Shown one piece after another: positions 49,438-57,564 of a stretch of DNA of 64,000 nt. Source of the stretch: Candidatus Aenigmatarchaeota archaeon (lineage in GTDB: Archaea > Aenigmatarchaeota > Aenigmatarchaeia > CG10238-14). Position 1 is the stretch's first letter; each line of letters begins with the position of its first letter. The DNA lies in NCBI GenBank assembly GCA_026414305.1, contig JAOAJH010000003.1:64994-128993 (forward strand), given 5' to 3'. A program made the position numbers and the translations under genes. The notes under the pieces were generated by a model. That model was not told the DNA's origin, searched no databases, and was given only the letters and a program-made list of their open reading frames with translations.

Positions 49438-50287
49438 ATGTCACCACAATTTTTATTTTTTTGATGCCTAGCTCAGAGGATTTTGTGTCTATCAAAATCT
49501 CTGGATAACAACTTTGGCCAAATTCTAAATCGCAACTGCCTGTTTTTTCGTTTAAAATATTCAAATCAGCCGGAATTATCCATTCATAGGAAATCTTTCT
49601 TAATCCGTTCAAATTACTTGTCAATACAGCCTTGATTGAAAATGTATTACCTCTTGTGGCCTTTTGGTTATAGTCAAACTCTATTTTTACTTTACCACTT
49701 GACACATCAGTTAAATCATTTGAAACATTATAGGATTCAGAAATTTGATTGTCTGAATAATTGCTATCTGGAATTTGGGTTGTAGAAACTGTCGAAAATT
49801 CATCACCTATTGTTGAAGTTGTAGCAGAAATTTGATTGTCTGAAACTGTCGATGTTTCTTGATCCTCGAAAGATGTCGTAGTTGACATGATATCGCTAGA
49901 TGATGTTACTGTCAAAGTGTCGAAAACTTCAGGAAAATTGCCTGTTACAGGATTGCTTGAATTGTCGATGTTTTGTGCTATTATAAGAACAGGTATTGCC
50001 ATCAGTATTAGTGCCAAGAGAAAGATTTGCACCTGTCCTGTTTCAGCTTTTTCGCTAGCTACTGCATGAACTGGTTTGTATTTTGGCAAGAAACAAAGCT
50101 TTGCCATACCGACTTTTCTTTCTTCCACCTTGCCTGATAGGATTAGATCCTTTACGTATTTTGTTGCTGTGTGTCTATGAATGCCTGCTTTGTCTGCTAA
50201 AGAAGATATTGTTAATCCCTCTGGATGCTTTGACAAAACGTCCAAAATGTTTTTCATCAAATTTTGTTCCATATGGAATTTCCCCAT
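49430..50287 (-). CDS. Membrane-tethered winged-helix transcription regulator (N-terminal wHTH, one TM, S/T-rich extracytoplasmic spacer and C-terminal beta-rich domain)
   Basis: N-terminal LDVLSKHPEGLTISSLADKAGIHRHTATKYVKDLILSGKVEERKVGMAKLCFL is a wHTH paralogous to 52933..53235. TM segment VQIFLLALILMAIPVLIIA. Spacer with SDNQIS repeats. Its stop TAA (49430..49432) overlaps the giant gene start ATG (49435..49437). Confidence 0.6.
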   Translation of the reverse strand: MGKFHMEQNLMKNILDVLSKHPEGLTISSLADKAGIHRHTATKYVKDLILSGKVEERKVGMAKLCFLPKYKPVHAVASEKAETGQVQIFLLALILMAIPVLIIAQNIDNSSNPVTGNFPEVFDTLTVTSSSDIMSTTTSFEDQETSTVSDNQISATTSTIGDEFSTVSTTQIPDSNYSDNQISESYNVSNDLTDVSSGKVKIEFDYNQKATRGNTFSIKAVLTSNLNGLRKISYEWIIPADLNILNEKTGSCDLEFGQSCYPEILIDTKSSELGIKKIKIVVTYE

Positions 50288-50532
50288 CTAGTATTGGCCA
50301 ATATTGTTATACAATATTGTCGATTGATATAAGTGCTGCGAATCAATCTAGCAAAAGTGTCGAATCGACAGTATTTTCAAAAAACGACAAAAACATATCT
50401 ATATTTTATATGATTATTTTTCATTTTCAAGCAATTTCTTTCAAAATTGTCGATTTGCAACTTTTATGAAAAGTCGAACATACAAGTGTCGAATAGAAAA
50501 CAATTTTATATCGACAATACAAATAATAAGAT
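50288..50532. promoter_or_regulatory. Divergent promoter region with repeated TGTCGA/TCGACA motifs and a 17-bp palindrome
   Basis: Palindrome ATATTGTTATACAATAT (50301..50317). Motif copies: TGTCGATTGA (50318..50327); perfect 13-bp palindrome TGTCGAATCGACA (50358..50370); TGTCGATTTG (50448..50457); GTCGAA (50473..50478); TGTCGAATA (50487..50495); TCGACAAT (50511..50518). TATA-like AATTTTATAT (~50503). Confidence 0.5.
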
Positions 50533-50937
50533 ATGATAAAGTTTCTAGGTCAGGAAAAGGCTAAACAAACAGAAGATGATCTAAACAAGCAGTTAAACAT
50601 ACAACATGCTCAACTATTCAAGGTAATAGAGGATATGAGAGAGTTAAACCAGAAAATAGAAAGGATATTTGTTGAGTTGGAACAAATAAAACAAAAGTTG
50701 GATAAAACTCCAATTTCGGACAACGGTTTTGAAAATCAAGCTCAACTTAAAAAGGATAAGACAAAAGAAGCAATAAAAATAATTTTGAGAAAAAAAGGCA
50801 GAATGACATCAGAAGATCTATCAAAACTCATTGGATTGTCAAGGTCAAGGTGCAATGAATATTTGAAAGAAATGGAAAGAAACAAAGAGGCTAAATCAGA
50901 AATAGAGAATAGAAAGAAATATTACAGGCTTGTTTAA
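50533..50937 (+). CDS. Coiled-coil protein with C-terminal winged-helix DNA-binding domain (putative regulator)
   Basis: 134 aa. N-terminal coiled coil; C-terminal RMTSEDLSKLIGLSRSRCNEYLKEMERN is wHTH-like. Confidence 0.45.
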   Translation: MIKFLGQEKAKQTEDDLNKQLNIQHAQLFKVIEDMRELNQKIERIFVELEQIKQKLDKTPISDNGFENQAQLKKDKTKEAIKIILRKKGRMTSEDLSKLIGLSRSRCNEYLKEMERNKEAKSEIENRKKYYRLV

Positions 50938-51644
50938 ACACTCATTTCCTTCATTATCTCTTTTGAATAATCCTTCCACAGCTTGAAAACTTTTGCTTCA
51001 TCAAACAAGTCTAAAGGCATCTCTTTTGTCGAAAGGTCTTTTATAACAGATTTGTAATATGAAAAGAAGTTTGTGCCGAAATAAGGTGAAAAGATCAATG
51101 ATTGAGATAGCAACAAAATACTGTCTAAATCAACTTTTAGTTTTTTCTTCAAAGTAACTATTATAAAGTAATTAAAAATTGTTATCAGTGGTGCTGTTAT
51201 GCAAAGCTCATAATTGTTTTTCAAATTCTGTTTGTCGCCAAATAATATCTTAAGCCTTTGAAGCATGAAAAATACTTCTCTGTTTGTGTCAATATAATAT
51301 AAAAGCTTCTTCTTGTTCTTTATACAACTTAATATGTGAAACGGCAAATCGTTTTCAAATGACACTCTGCTTTTTTTAGCATGCTCATCCAAAAAATCAA
51401 ATATCCATTCTGTTTTGCCATATATTAGATCGCCAGAAACGCCTCTTACTTTGACTTTGCCTTTACTTTCAATAAAACCCTTTTCCAACATTTCTTTCCA
51501 AATTGATTTGTTCAGACCTTTTTGATATAAAGCATTGCCGTCATAACCCCAAAAATCTTGTATTTCATTTATCGTCCTCGGTCTATCTAAACAGCTTGAC
51601 CATATTATCCAAAACTTGTCAAAAGCCCAAATTTGCCTCTCCAT
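50934..51644 (-). CDS. Hypothetical protein, possible N-terminal wHTH
   Basis: 236 aa. LDRPRTINEIQDFWGYDGNALYQKGLNKSIWKEMLEKGFI resembles a wHTH. ATGA overlap with the upstream plus-strand gene end. GGGGGGT immediately upstream of the ATG. Confidence 0.4.
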   Translation of the reverse strand: MERQIWAFDKFWIIWSSCLDRPRTINEIQDFWGYDGNALYQKGLNKSIWKEMLEKGFIESKGKVKVRGVSGDLIYGKTEWIFDFLDEHAKKSRVSFENDLPFHILSCIKNKKKLLYYIDTNREVFFMLQRLKILFGDKQNLKNNYELCITAPLITIFNYFIIVTLKKKLKVDLDSILLLSQSLIFSPYFGTNFFSYYKSVIKDLSTKEMPLDLFDEAKVFKLWKDYSKEIMKEMSV

Positions 51645-51784
51645 TCTACCCCCCGGCCAGACGGTCTGAACTGTATGTTTTTTGAAATTGCCTGTTTTTT
51701 GTTTTAGTTAACTATAACATTTTAAATTTTTAAAATTTAGGCACCTATAACATTTTTTTACTAGATGAAACGTTAGTGAAACGA

Positions 51785-51985
51785 TTATTTTTTCCCTATC
51801 TTCCTTAAAACTGGCAAAGCTGTTCTAGGGCTTTCAACTACTTCATATCCTATTGGCAAATCTATTGAATCAACAGGATCTTTTGAGAAATAATATACTT
51901 TTTTCTTTTCAGAAAAATGCAAATAGTATTTTTCACCCTTTTTATTTTTATAAGAATACCCACCAAAAAGTCCCATAAAAATCAC
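51785..51985 (-). CDS. Small basic hypothetical protein (66 aa)
   Basis: KGEKYYLHFSEKKKVYYFSKD...LPIGYEVVESPRTALPVLRK. Looks like a small conserved domain but not placed. Begins 5 nt after the stop of the upstream secreted-protein gene. Confidence 0.3.
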   Translation of the reverse strand: MIFMGLFGGYSYKNKKGEKYYLHFSEKKKVYYFSKDPVDSIDLPIGYEVVESPRTALPVLRKIGKK

Positions 51986-51989
51986 AAAA

Positions 51990-52886
51990 TTACTCTGCTA
52001 CTATTGTCAAAATACTTGTGGAAGTATTACCTGTTGGAACGCCTCTTGGCACTAGCACTGTTAAATTGAGTGTGTGGATCATTCCTGACATGAAATCTTC
52101 TGTTGTTATGTATTTTCTAGCTGAACAAGCTGGTAGTGTTTGATTATAATCCCATTGTGCTACCATTATTCTTGAGCAATCTCTGTATATGTATACACAA
52201 TAATCTTGCAAAGGTCCTGATGAAAACGTCCATGAACTCCATTCAGTTGTGTTTGCTTCAAATGTTGCTGCGATTGTGCCGACAGTCATGTCTCTGTTTG
52301 GCGATGATAAAGATTCTGCTGATGACTTTATTCTAAACTCCATTTGGCTGCCGTTCAAGCATTCACCAACAGTTGCGCTGTCATTGAAATTCCACAAATA
52401 TATGTCAGTGAAATTCCTGAAATATCCCCATGATACAGCGTCTGCTGGATTCAAAGTCATGTATGTTGGTTGCTCTGTTTCATTCCATTCGATTCTATTG
52501 ACAAATCTATAGCCTGCTTCACCTGTCTCGTTTTTCAGCACTAAAAACGATCCTGCAGCATATAATGTAGGATTACCTTTTCCTATCGGATTTGTTGTTT
52601 CTATTGCAAATGAATTAACAGTTGACCATAACTTTGTGAAATTGACTGAACCTGTGTTTTGAATATCAACACTGTAAAGTGTTGCTGTGTATGTTGGCAC
52701 AATGTCCAACCATTCTATAGCAGCTGGTGTCACTATGATTTCTGATAGCAAAGAAACGTTCAAAGATATTATAACAGTATCATTTGTTGCTGCTTTTACA
52801 GAAGGTATGTTTGTGGTCAAAATGAAAGACAAGATAATTGATAAAATCCCTATGATTAAAAAAAATGTATTTCTACCTACTTTCAT
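51990..52886 (-). CDS. Secreted/surface protein with N-terminal signal-anchor (hypothetical)
   Basis: 298 aa. N-terminal hydrophobic segment then AxA-like VKAATN. N-x-S/T rich, beta-rich extracellular composition. Confidence 0.5.
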   Translation of the reverse strand: MKVGRNTFFLIIGILSIILSFILTTNIPSVKAATNDTVIISLNVSLLSEIIVTPAAIEWLDIVPTYTATLYSVDIQNTGSVNFTKLWSTVNSFAIETTNPIGKGNPTLYAAGSFLVLKNETGEAGYRFVNRIEWNETEQPTYMTLNPADAVSWGYFRNFTDIYLWNFNDSATVGECLNGSQMEFRIKSSAESLSSPNRDMTVGTIAATFEANTTEWSSWTFSSGPLQDYCVYIYRDCSRIMVAQWDYNQTLPACSARKYITTEDFMSGMIHTLNLTVLVPRGVPTGNTSTSILTIVAE

Positions 52887-52932
52887 CAGATACCACTAAG
52901 ATTAATATTGTTATCCCTATTTATAAAATTTA

Positions 52933-53235
52933 TTGTTATACAATAATTTTAAATATAATTGTTTATCAATATTTATTATAGATTTTATGTCTGATCCAAA
53001 ACACCATATAATAGAAGTGTTGAAGAAGCATCCTGAAGGTCTGACATTACAAAAAATAGCGCAATTAACAAACATGAGCAGACTGACTGCTACAAAATAT
53101 GTCCACGAGTTAATCGGCGGCGGTATAGTTTACCAAAGAAAAGTTGGTGTTGCAAAATTATGCTATCTTAAAGACAGATACATAAAACTGGTTAAAGAAG
53201 AGGAAATACTGGAACAGTTGAAAAAGATATCATAA
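52933..53235 (+). CDS. Stand-alone winged-helix transcription regulator (paralog of the N-terminal domain of 49430..50287)
   Basis: IEVLKKHPEGLTLQKIAQLTNMSRLTATKYVHELIGGGIVYQRKVGVAKLCYL aligns closely with the membrane-tethered regulator. Confidence 0.6.
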   Translation: MLYNNFKYNCLSIFIIDFMSDPKHHIIEVLKKHPEGLTLQKIAQLTNMSRLTATKYVHELIGGGIVYQRKVGVAKLCYLKDRYIKLVKEEEILEQLKKIS

Positions 53236-53517
53236 ATAGCTTATAAAACCATTTTTTTCCAATTCACTTAAAATGTTTATTAAAGTTGGCTTTACATCTT
53301 CCTGGTTTGCCTCTATTCCCTTTGCTATTTCTTCAGCTATCTGATCTATATTTCTGCTGCCGTCACACAAACTTAAAATAAAGTTTATTCCAGGGTCTAT
53401 TTCCCAAACTCTGGATCCATCAAAAGTTGCATATAAAGACCCTATGTTTGATATTATTTTCAGTTTGCTTGATTTTATCGGTCTTTTTTGAAACTCTTCC
53501 ATATTATTATTAATCAC
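53230..53517 (-). CDS. PqqD-family protein (RiPP recognition element-like peptide chaperone)
   Basis: 95 aa. SRVWEIDPGINFILSLCDGSRNIDQIAEEIAKGIEANQEDVKPTLINILSELEKNGFI matches the PqqD pattern (..iW.lldG.rtv.eI...l...y.v....v..Dv..fl..L...gli). Confidence 0.55.
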   Translation of the reverse strand: MINNNMEEFQKRPIKSSKLKIISNIGSLYATFDGSRVWEIDPGINFILSLCDGSRNIDQIAEEIAKGIEANQEDVKPTLINILSELEKNGFISYL

Positions 53518-53641
53518 ATTTGATAAATATAAATGATAACCATTAAGTTATATACTAATTGTTTATGTTTATAAAAATTATATATTATAAAATATAAATA
53601 TTTATAAATCATTAATTATATTACTACTTTAAGGTGATAAT

Positions 53642-53827
53642 ATGGGGAAAACATATGCTGAAAAAACTGCTGATTTTTTTGGTAGCTTGTTTGCAGCAAT
53701 CTCATTGTACGCAATGTATACAATGATCGATATTGCGTCAAGATACGCAAATACACCAGATCTACCTTTGTCAGCGATTGATGTTTACAATAAAATTCAG
53801 CCTTATTTAAGTCATATTTTGAGATAA
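53642..53827 (+). CDS. Small protein (61 aa), possibly membrane-associated; candidate peptide partner of the PqqD-like protein
   Basis: Strong SD AAGGTGATAAT 4 nt upstream of the ATG and TATA-like TTTATAAA ~55 nt upstream. Hydrophobic middle (FFGSLFAAISLYAMYTMIDIA). Confidence 0.35.
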   Translation: MGKTYAEKTADFFGSLFAAISLYAMYTMIDIASRYANTPDLPLSAIDVYNKIQPYLSHILR

Positions 53828-53914
53828 TTTTCTTTTTTTTAATTAGATAGCTTTAAAAACTTTGAAAATAACAAATTTAATTGCAAAACTCGATATTAGT
53901 TTGAGTGTGTTAAT

Positions 53915-54109
53915 ATGATTATACCAGTAAGATGTTTTTCTTGCGGAAAGCCTGTTGGGCATCTGTGGGAAGATTATCAAAAAAGAGTAAAAAATGGTGA
54001 AGATAGTGAAAAGGTATTGAATGAGTTAGGGTTAGAAAGATATTGTTGCAGATCCCTATTCTTAGGTCATGTTGATTTAATCAAAAAAGTTGCAGAGTTC
54101 AAACATTGA
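53915..54109 (+). CDS. rpoN: DNA-directed RNA polymerase subunit N (Rpb10)
   Basis: MIIPVRCFSCGKPVGHLWEDY...LGLERYCCRSLFLGHVDLI is the archaeal RpoN zinc-bundle signature. Confidence 0.9.
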   Translation: MIIPVRCFSCGKPVGHLWEDYQKRVKNGEDSEKVLNELGLERYCCRSLFLGHVDLIKKVAEFKH

Positions 54110-54119
54110 GGTGTAAATA

Positions 54120-54374
54120 ATGCCCGAGTGGCCAAAAGATAGATTAACAAGATTTGAAGTTGCTAGAATAATAGGCGCAAGATCACTTCAAATATTTCTA
54201 GGTGCACCTGTGTTAATAAAAACAGATTCTTCTGATCCTATGGAAATAGCTGAACAAGAGTTTAAGCAAGTAAAAATACCAATGACAATAAAGAGGCCCA
54301 TGCCTGACGGATCAAAGGAGATAGTTGACATAAAAAAGGCAATTAAAAACTGGGTAGAAGAAAACCCAAATTAA
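54120..54374 (+). CDS. rpoK: DNA-directed RNA polymerase subunit K (Rpb6/omega)
   Basis: RFEVARIIGARSLQIFLGAPVLI matches the RpoK/Rpb6 core. GAGGTG SD 10 nt upstream. Confidence 0.85.
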   Translation: MPEWPKDRLTRFEVARIIGARSLQIFLGAPVLIKTDSSDPMEIAEQEFKQVKIPMTIKRPMPDGSKEIVDIKKAIKNWVEENPN

Positions 54375-54375
54375 A

Positions 54376-55446
54376 CTATCTTGTTATTTTAGCATTCTTG
54401 ACAGTCTCAAACAGCTCTTTAGCCTTGCCTTTCTCAAAATGCTTTCTAACAGGATCTATGATTTTGTCCAAAGCTTGAACAGTAGCATTCTTTAAATCTA
54501 AAGGATGTATATCGCCTGATGCAAACATCTTTTCCAGTTTACCATAACTTTCTACAGTTACATCACCACCAAACTTTTGAGGCCTTTTTATTTCAAAATA
54601 ATCAAACTTTCTCATGATTATGTATTTCCATATTTCCAGTATAGGATTCCCTTCAATTTGTTTTTCTGGGCAATAGGATTTTTTTATTTTTTCTGCTATT
54701 TCCTCTGTGCTATCATGAATAAATATTGCAGTGTGAGGTTTTGATTTGCTCATTTTAGCATCTAAATCGTCTTTTCCCATTCTTCCTGCTTCAAACCCTT
54801 GCAGTCCGGCTAATAGATGGTGATGAACACACACTCTTATCGAGCCATCAATTTTAGGTGCCAATTCTCTTGTCAATATTGTTGCCTTTCTTTGATCCAT
54901 ACCGAGCTGCAAAATGTCTGCCTTAATGTAAAAAGGATCCCACGCCTGCATCATAGGATAAAGTAGCTGTGCTGTATATTGCATTTCGCCTTCCTTTCTT
55001 CCCATAATTGTGCAAGCTCTCACTGTTCGCTGAACAGTCGTGTTTTTAGCAATATCTATCACACCTCTCCAATAATCAGGATCAGAAACAGCATCACTTG
55101 TCCACATTATTTTTACTTTTTTAATGTCAACTCCACAAGCCTTCCATCCCTCAATGTAATATTCTCCTGTTTTTTTAATCAAATCTAAATTTCCCCCCAT
55201 TTTATTATTTATGTAAGCAAACCAATCAGCTATCCACAAGATAAAATCACATTTAGCATCCAGCATATCCTGAAGTTTTATTGCCCTTAAAATACCAGAG
55301 CCTAAATGAAGCAAGCCTGATGTTTCAAAACCGTCATATGCAGTTGGTTTTTGCTTAGTTTGAAGCAAAATTTTCAAGTCATCTTCTGTTATTATTTCCT
55401 CTGTTGGTGCTTTCTTTATCAATTCAATTCTCCTTTCCAAGTCCAT
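54376..55446 (-). CDS. tyrS: Tyrosyl-tRNA synthetase, archaeal type
   Basis: HLGS (HIGH variant), KMSKS, and close overall similarity to archaeal TyrRS (YDGFETSG..HLG; YCPEKQIEGNPILEIWKYII; KRPQKFGGDVTVESYGKLEKMFASGDIHPLDLKNA). Confidence 0.85.
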   Translation of the reverse strand: MDLERRIELIKKAPTEEIITEDDLKILLQTKQKPTAYDGFETSGLLHLGSGILRAIKLQDMLDAKCDFILWIADWFAYINNKMGGNLDLIKKTGEYYIEGWKACGVDIKKVKIMWTSDAVSDPDYWRGVIDIAKNTTVQRTVRACTIMGRKEGEMQYTAQLLYPMMQAWDPFYIKADILQLGMDQRKATILTRELAPKIDGSIRVCVHHHLLAGLQGFEAGRMGKDDLDAKMSKSKPHTAIFIHDSTEEIAEKIKKSYCPEKQIEGNPILEIWKYIIMRKFDYFEIKRPQKFGGDVTVESYGKLEKMFASGDIHPLDLKNATVQALDKIIDPVRKHFEKGKAKELFETVKNAKITR

Positions 55447-55447
55447 A

Positions 55448-55624
55448 TCATACCACCTTTATAGCTTTCCCTGGGCATGCGTCAATAGCATGGCTTACAC
55501 ATGAAAATATTTTATTTTTTTTCACTTTACATTTGCCGTCATTGCCAATCTCAAAAACTTCGTCGCACACAGAAACACAAACCCCACAACCAAAACATTT
55601 TTCTTTATCAACAAAAATCCTCAT
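55448..55624 (-). CDS. Small single-cluster [4Fe-4S] ferredoxin (58 aa), not in the ORF track (<60 aa)
   Basis: Reverse-complement translation: MRIFVDKEKCFGCGVCVSVCDEVFEIGNDGKCKVKKNKIFSCVSHAIDACPGKAIKVV. CxxCxxC...CP layout like Pyrococcus-type ferredoxin. Sits directly upstream of tyrS. Confidence 0.7.
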   Translation of the reverse strand: MRIFVDKEKCFGCGVCVSVCDEVFEIGNDGKCKVKKNKIFSCVSHAIDACPGKAIKVV

Positions 55625-55646
55625 ATTTAATATTTCAAAATTAATT

Positions 55647-56174
55647 TTATAAATCTCTTGATTTCCATTCCTTTTCTGATATTTTTAATCTTTTGTTGCA
55701 AATTCTGGCCGATGCAAAAAGCAAGTCAGAAAGCCTATTCAAATAAGCGATAATATTTCTATTGACCTGATGTTTTTTTGAAAGTTTCACAACATATCTT
55801 TCTGCCTCTCTGCATTTTGTTCTTGATATGTGAATTAAAGATGACAATTCACCAGTAGGTAAAATAAAGTTTTTCAATTCTGGAAGCTCGCCTTCATATT
55901 TTTCTATTTTGTTTTCAATGAAAACAACATGATCTTTGTTTATCATTTTTCTTGATGGATATGCAATTTCTGCGCCAACTTCAAACAAATGTTTTTGTAT
56001 GTTTTCAAAATCTTCGGAAATGTCCTTGAAATTTATCTTTGAAATTATCAAACCCAAATAACTATTTAGCTCGTCAATTTTTCCGATAGCTTCCATTCTT
56101 TCGTCATCCTTCCAAACTCTTTTATCTATTAGATTAGTTTTTCCATCATCGCCTGATCCTATGTTCGGTTTCAT
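55647..56174 (-). CDS. PduO-type ATP:cob(I)alamin adenosyltransferase-like protein
   Basis: GSGDDGKTNLIDKRVWKDDERMEAIGKIDELNSYLGL matches the PduO/MMAB N-terminal signature (GDxGxTxL...R..K.D.R.EA.G..DELN). The likely start is the internal ATG at 56174, 1 nt after the upstream gene stop, rather than 56195. Confidence 0.65.
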   Translation of the reverse strand: MKPNIGSGDDGKTNLIDKRVWKDDERMEAIGKIDELNSYLGLIISKINFKDISEDFENIQKHLFEVGAEIAYPSRKMINKDHVVFIENKIEKYEGELPELKNFILPTGELSSLIHISRTKCREAERYVVKLSKKHQVNRNIIAYLNRLSDLLFASARICNKRLKISEKEWKSRDL

Positions 56175-56175
56175 T

Positions 56176-56646
56176 TCACTCCCTTGCAACATCAACTATT
56201 TTTCCTTTAATTAAATTCATCAAATCTTTTGAATTTATTTCTATTCCAAAATAAATGTCACCAGACCCAAAATTTATTTTTTCTGTTTCAAAAACTCTTT
56301 TATCGACCAATATCTCTTTTTCTATTAAAATAGGGCAGACTTCGCCTTGAAAAAATCCTATTGAAAAAAGCTCATCATTGTTCAAAAATCTTATATCTGA
56401 TTTCCCCAATATTTTTGACAGTTTTTTATTGTCTATTTTCAAAACACCCGGAATCATTACCGCATAAATTTCATTACCAGCTTTTATTAAAATGGTTTTG
56501 ATTATCTCCCTAGGATTTATATCATAAAACATTGCAACTTCTTCAGCAGTTCTAGCTGGTTTGCCAATATCCAAAATTCTATAATAAACACCCTTCTGCT
56601 TTAGTTTTTCTATTGCCCTTAATATTTTTTCGTTCATATCAACCAA
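56176..56646 (-). CDS. YbaK/ProX-family aminoacyl-tRNA deacylase (second paralog)
   Basis: 156 aa. YRILDIGKPARTAEEVA...AVMIPGVLKIDNKKL...GFFQGEVCPI pattern of the YbaK trans-editing domain. Confidence 0.6.
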   Translation of the reverse strand: MVDMNEKILRAIEKLKQKGVYYRILDIGKPARTAEEVAMFYDINPREIIKTILIKAGNEIYAVMIPGVLKIDNKKLSKILGKSDIRFLNNDELFSIGFFQGEVCPILIEKEILVDKRVFETEKINFGSGDIYFGIEINSKDLMNLIKGKIVDVARE

Positions 56647-57560
56647 ACACCATTCTTTATCAGTTTTTTATTGTCAGCTATCAGCGTTGGTTTTAAAATT
56701 ATTCCATCCTGATGAAACTGAACTTTGTTTTTTCCGCCATAAGAAGTGTTGTTACCAAATGCTATGTGAACTGTTCCCAAGACCTTTTCATCTTCCAAAA
56801 CGTTCCCTATTACTTTTGCCTTGGGGTTTGTGCCTATTCCGAGTTCAGCGACAATTCTTACCTTTTCCCCAATTTCATTGATTTTTTCAATCATTTTCTG
56901 AGATCCTTTTATATCGTATGCCACGCCTTCTCTCACTTTAAACTCAATTTTGTCTCCATAACTACCCATTTTGTCAATTATTATCCTTCCTTTTGAGCTA
57001 AAATCATTAGGAGATGTGTCTACTTCGCCTGCAGGCAAATTACCGAAATCTCCAGGTTTGTGATAAAGCCCTTCATCGATGTCCCAATCGTACATACCAA
57101 ATTGCATTTCAAAATCTGTTCCGTTTTTAGAAATTATTTTTATGTTTTTAGAATTTTTAATTGCAAAAAACATTTTCAAGCAAAGTTTTTTTATTACATT
57201 ATAATCTGCTGTTAACCCACCGTGAATCAAGGAAAACTTGGTTATGCCTGGCATCGAAGCAATTCTTGCGCCTGATTTGCATGCTTTGATTCTTGCTTTT
57301 GTATGACTTAAAGACTTTGACGTTATAAGGAATTCAGCTTGATATTCTTTCATTAATTTGGCCGTATTCACATCAGGCTCTTGACCGTTTGTTTGAAGCG
57401 GTTCTATTAAATGAACAGTTGTTTTTGCTTTTGTTTTCAAACATTCATTTTTTATAGCTTTGACAATTTTTTGATCTGCTTTTTCATCTGTGATTATTAA
57501 AACTCTGTCTTTTTCAGAAATTTTCATACATTGGTTAACAGCTATTTTTGCGCCTAACAT
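56634..57560 (-). CDS. M29-family aminopeptidase, short form (paralog of 3805..5139)
   Basis: ELGIGTNPKAKVIGNVLEDEKVLGTVHIAFGNN...FHQD shared with 3805..5139. Track start 57608 overlaps the alaS 3' end by 44 nt; the internal ATG at 57560 avoids that overlap. Confidence 0.55.
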   Translation of the reverse strand: MLGAKIAVNQCMKISEKDRVLIITDEKADQKIVKAIKNECLKTKAKTTVHLIEPLQTNGQEPDVNTAKLMKEYQAEFLITSKSLSHTKARIKACKSGARIASMPGITKFSLIHGGLTADYNVIKKLCLKMFFAIKNSKNIKIISKNGTDFEMQFGMYDWDIDEGLYHKPGDFGNLPAGEVDTSPNDFSSKGRIIIDKMGSYGDKIEFKVREGVAYDIKGSQKMIEKINEIGEKVRIVAELGIGTNPKAKVIGNVLEDEKVLGTVHIAFGNNTSYGGKNKVQFHQDGIILKPTLIADNKKLIKNGVWLI

Positions 57561-57564
57561 TTGC

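Noticed and set aside
49741-49845. 17-nt direct repeat AAATTTGATTGTCTGAA (~49741 and ~49829).
   Set aside because: It is the DNA image of the SDNQIS peptide repeat in the Ser/Thr-rich spacer of the membrane-tethered regulator, not an independent element.
55404-55652. 82-aa plus-strand ORF in the track.
   Set aside because: Overlaps the tyrS start and a well-formed minus-strand ferredoxin gene. Its composition (S/P/T/F/L) is not protein-like.
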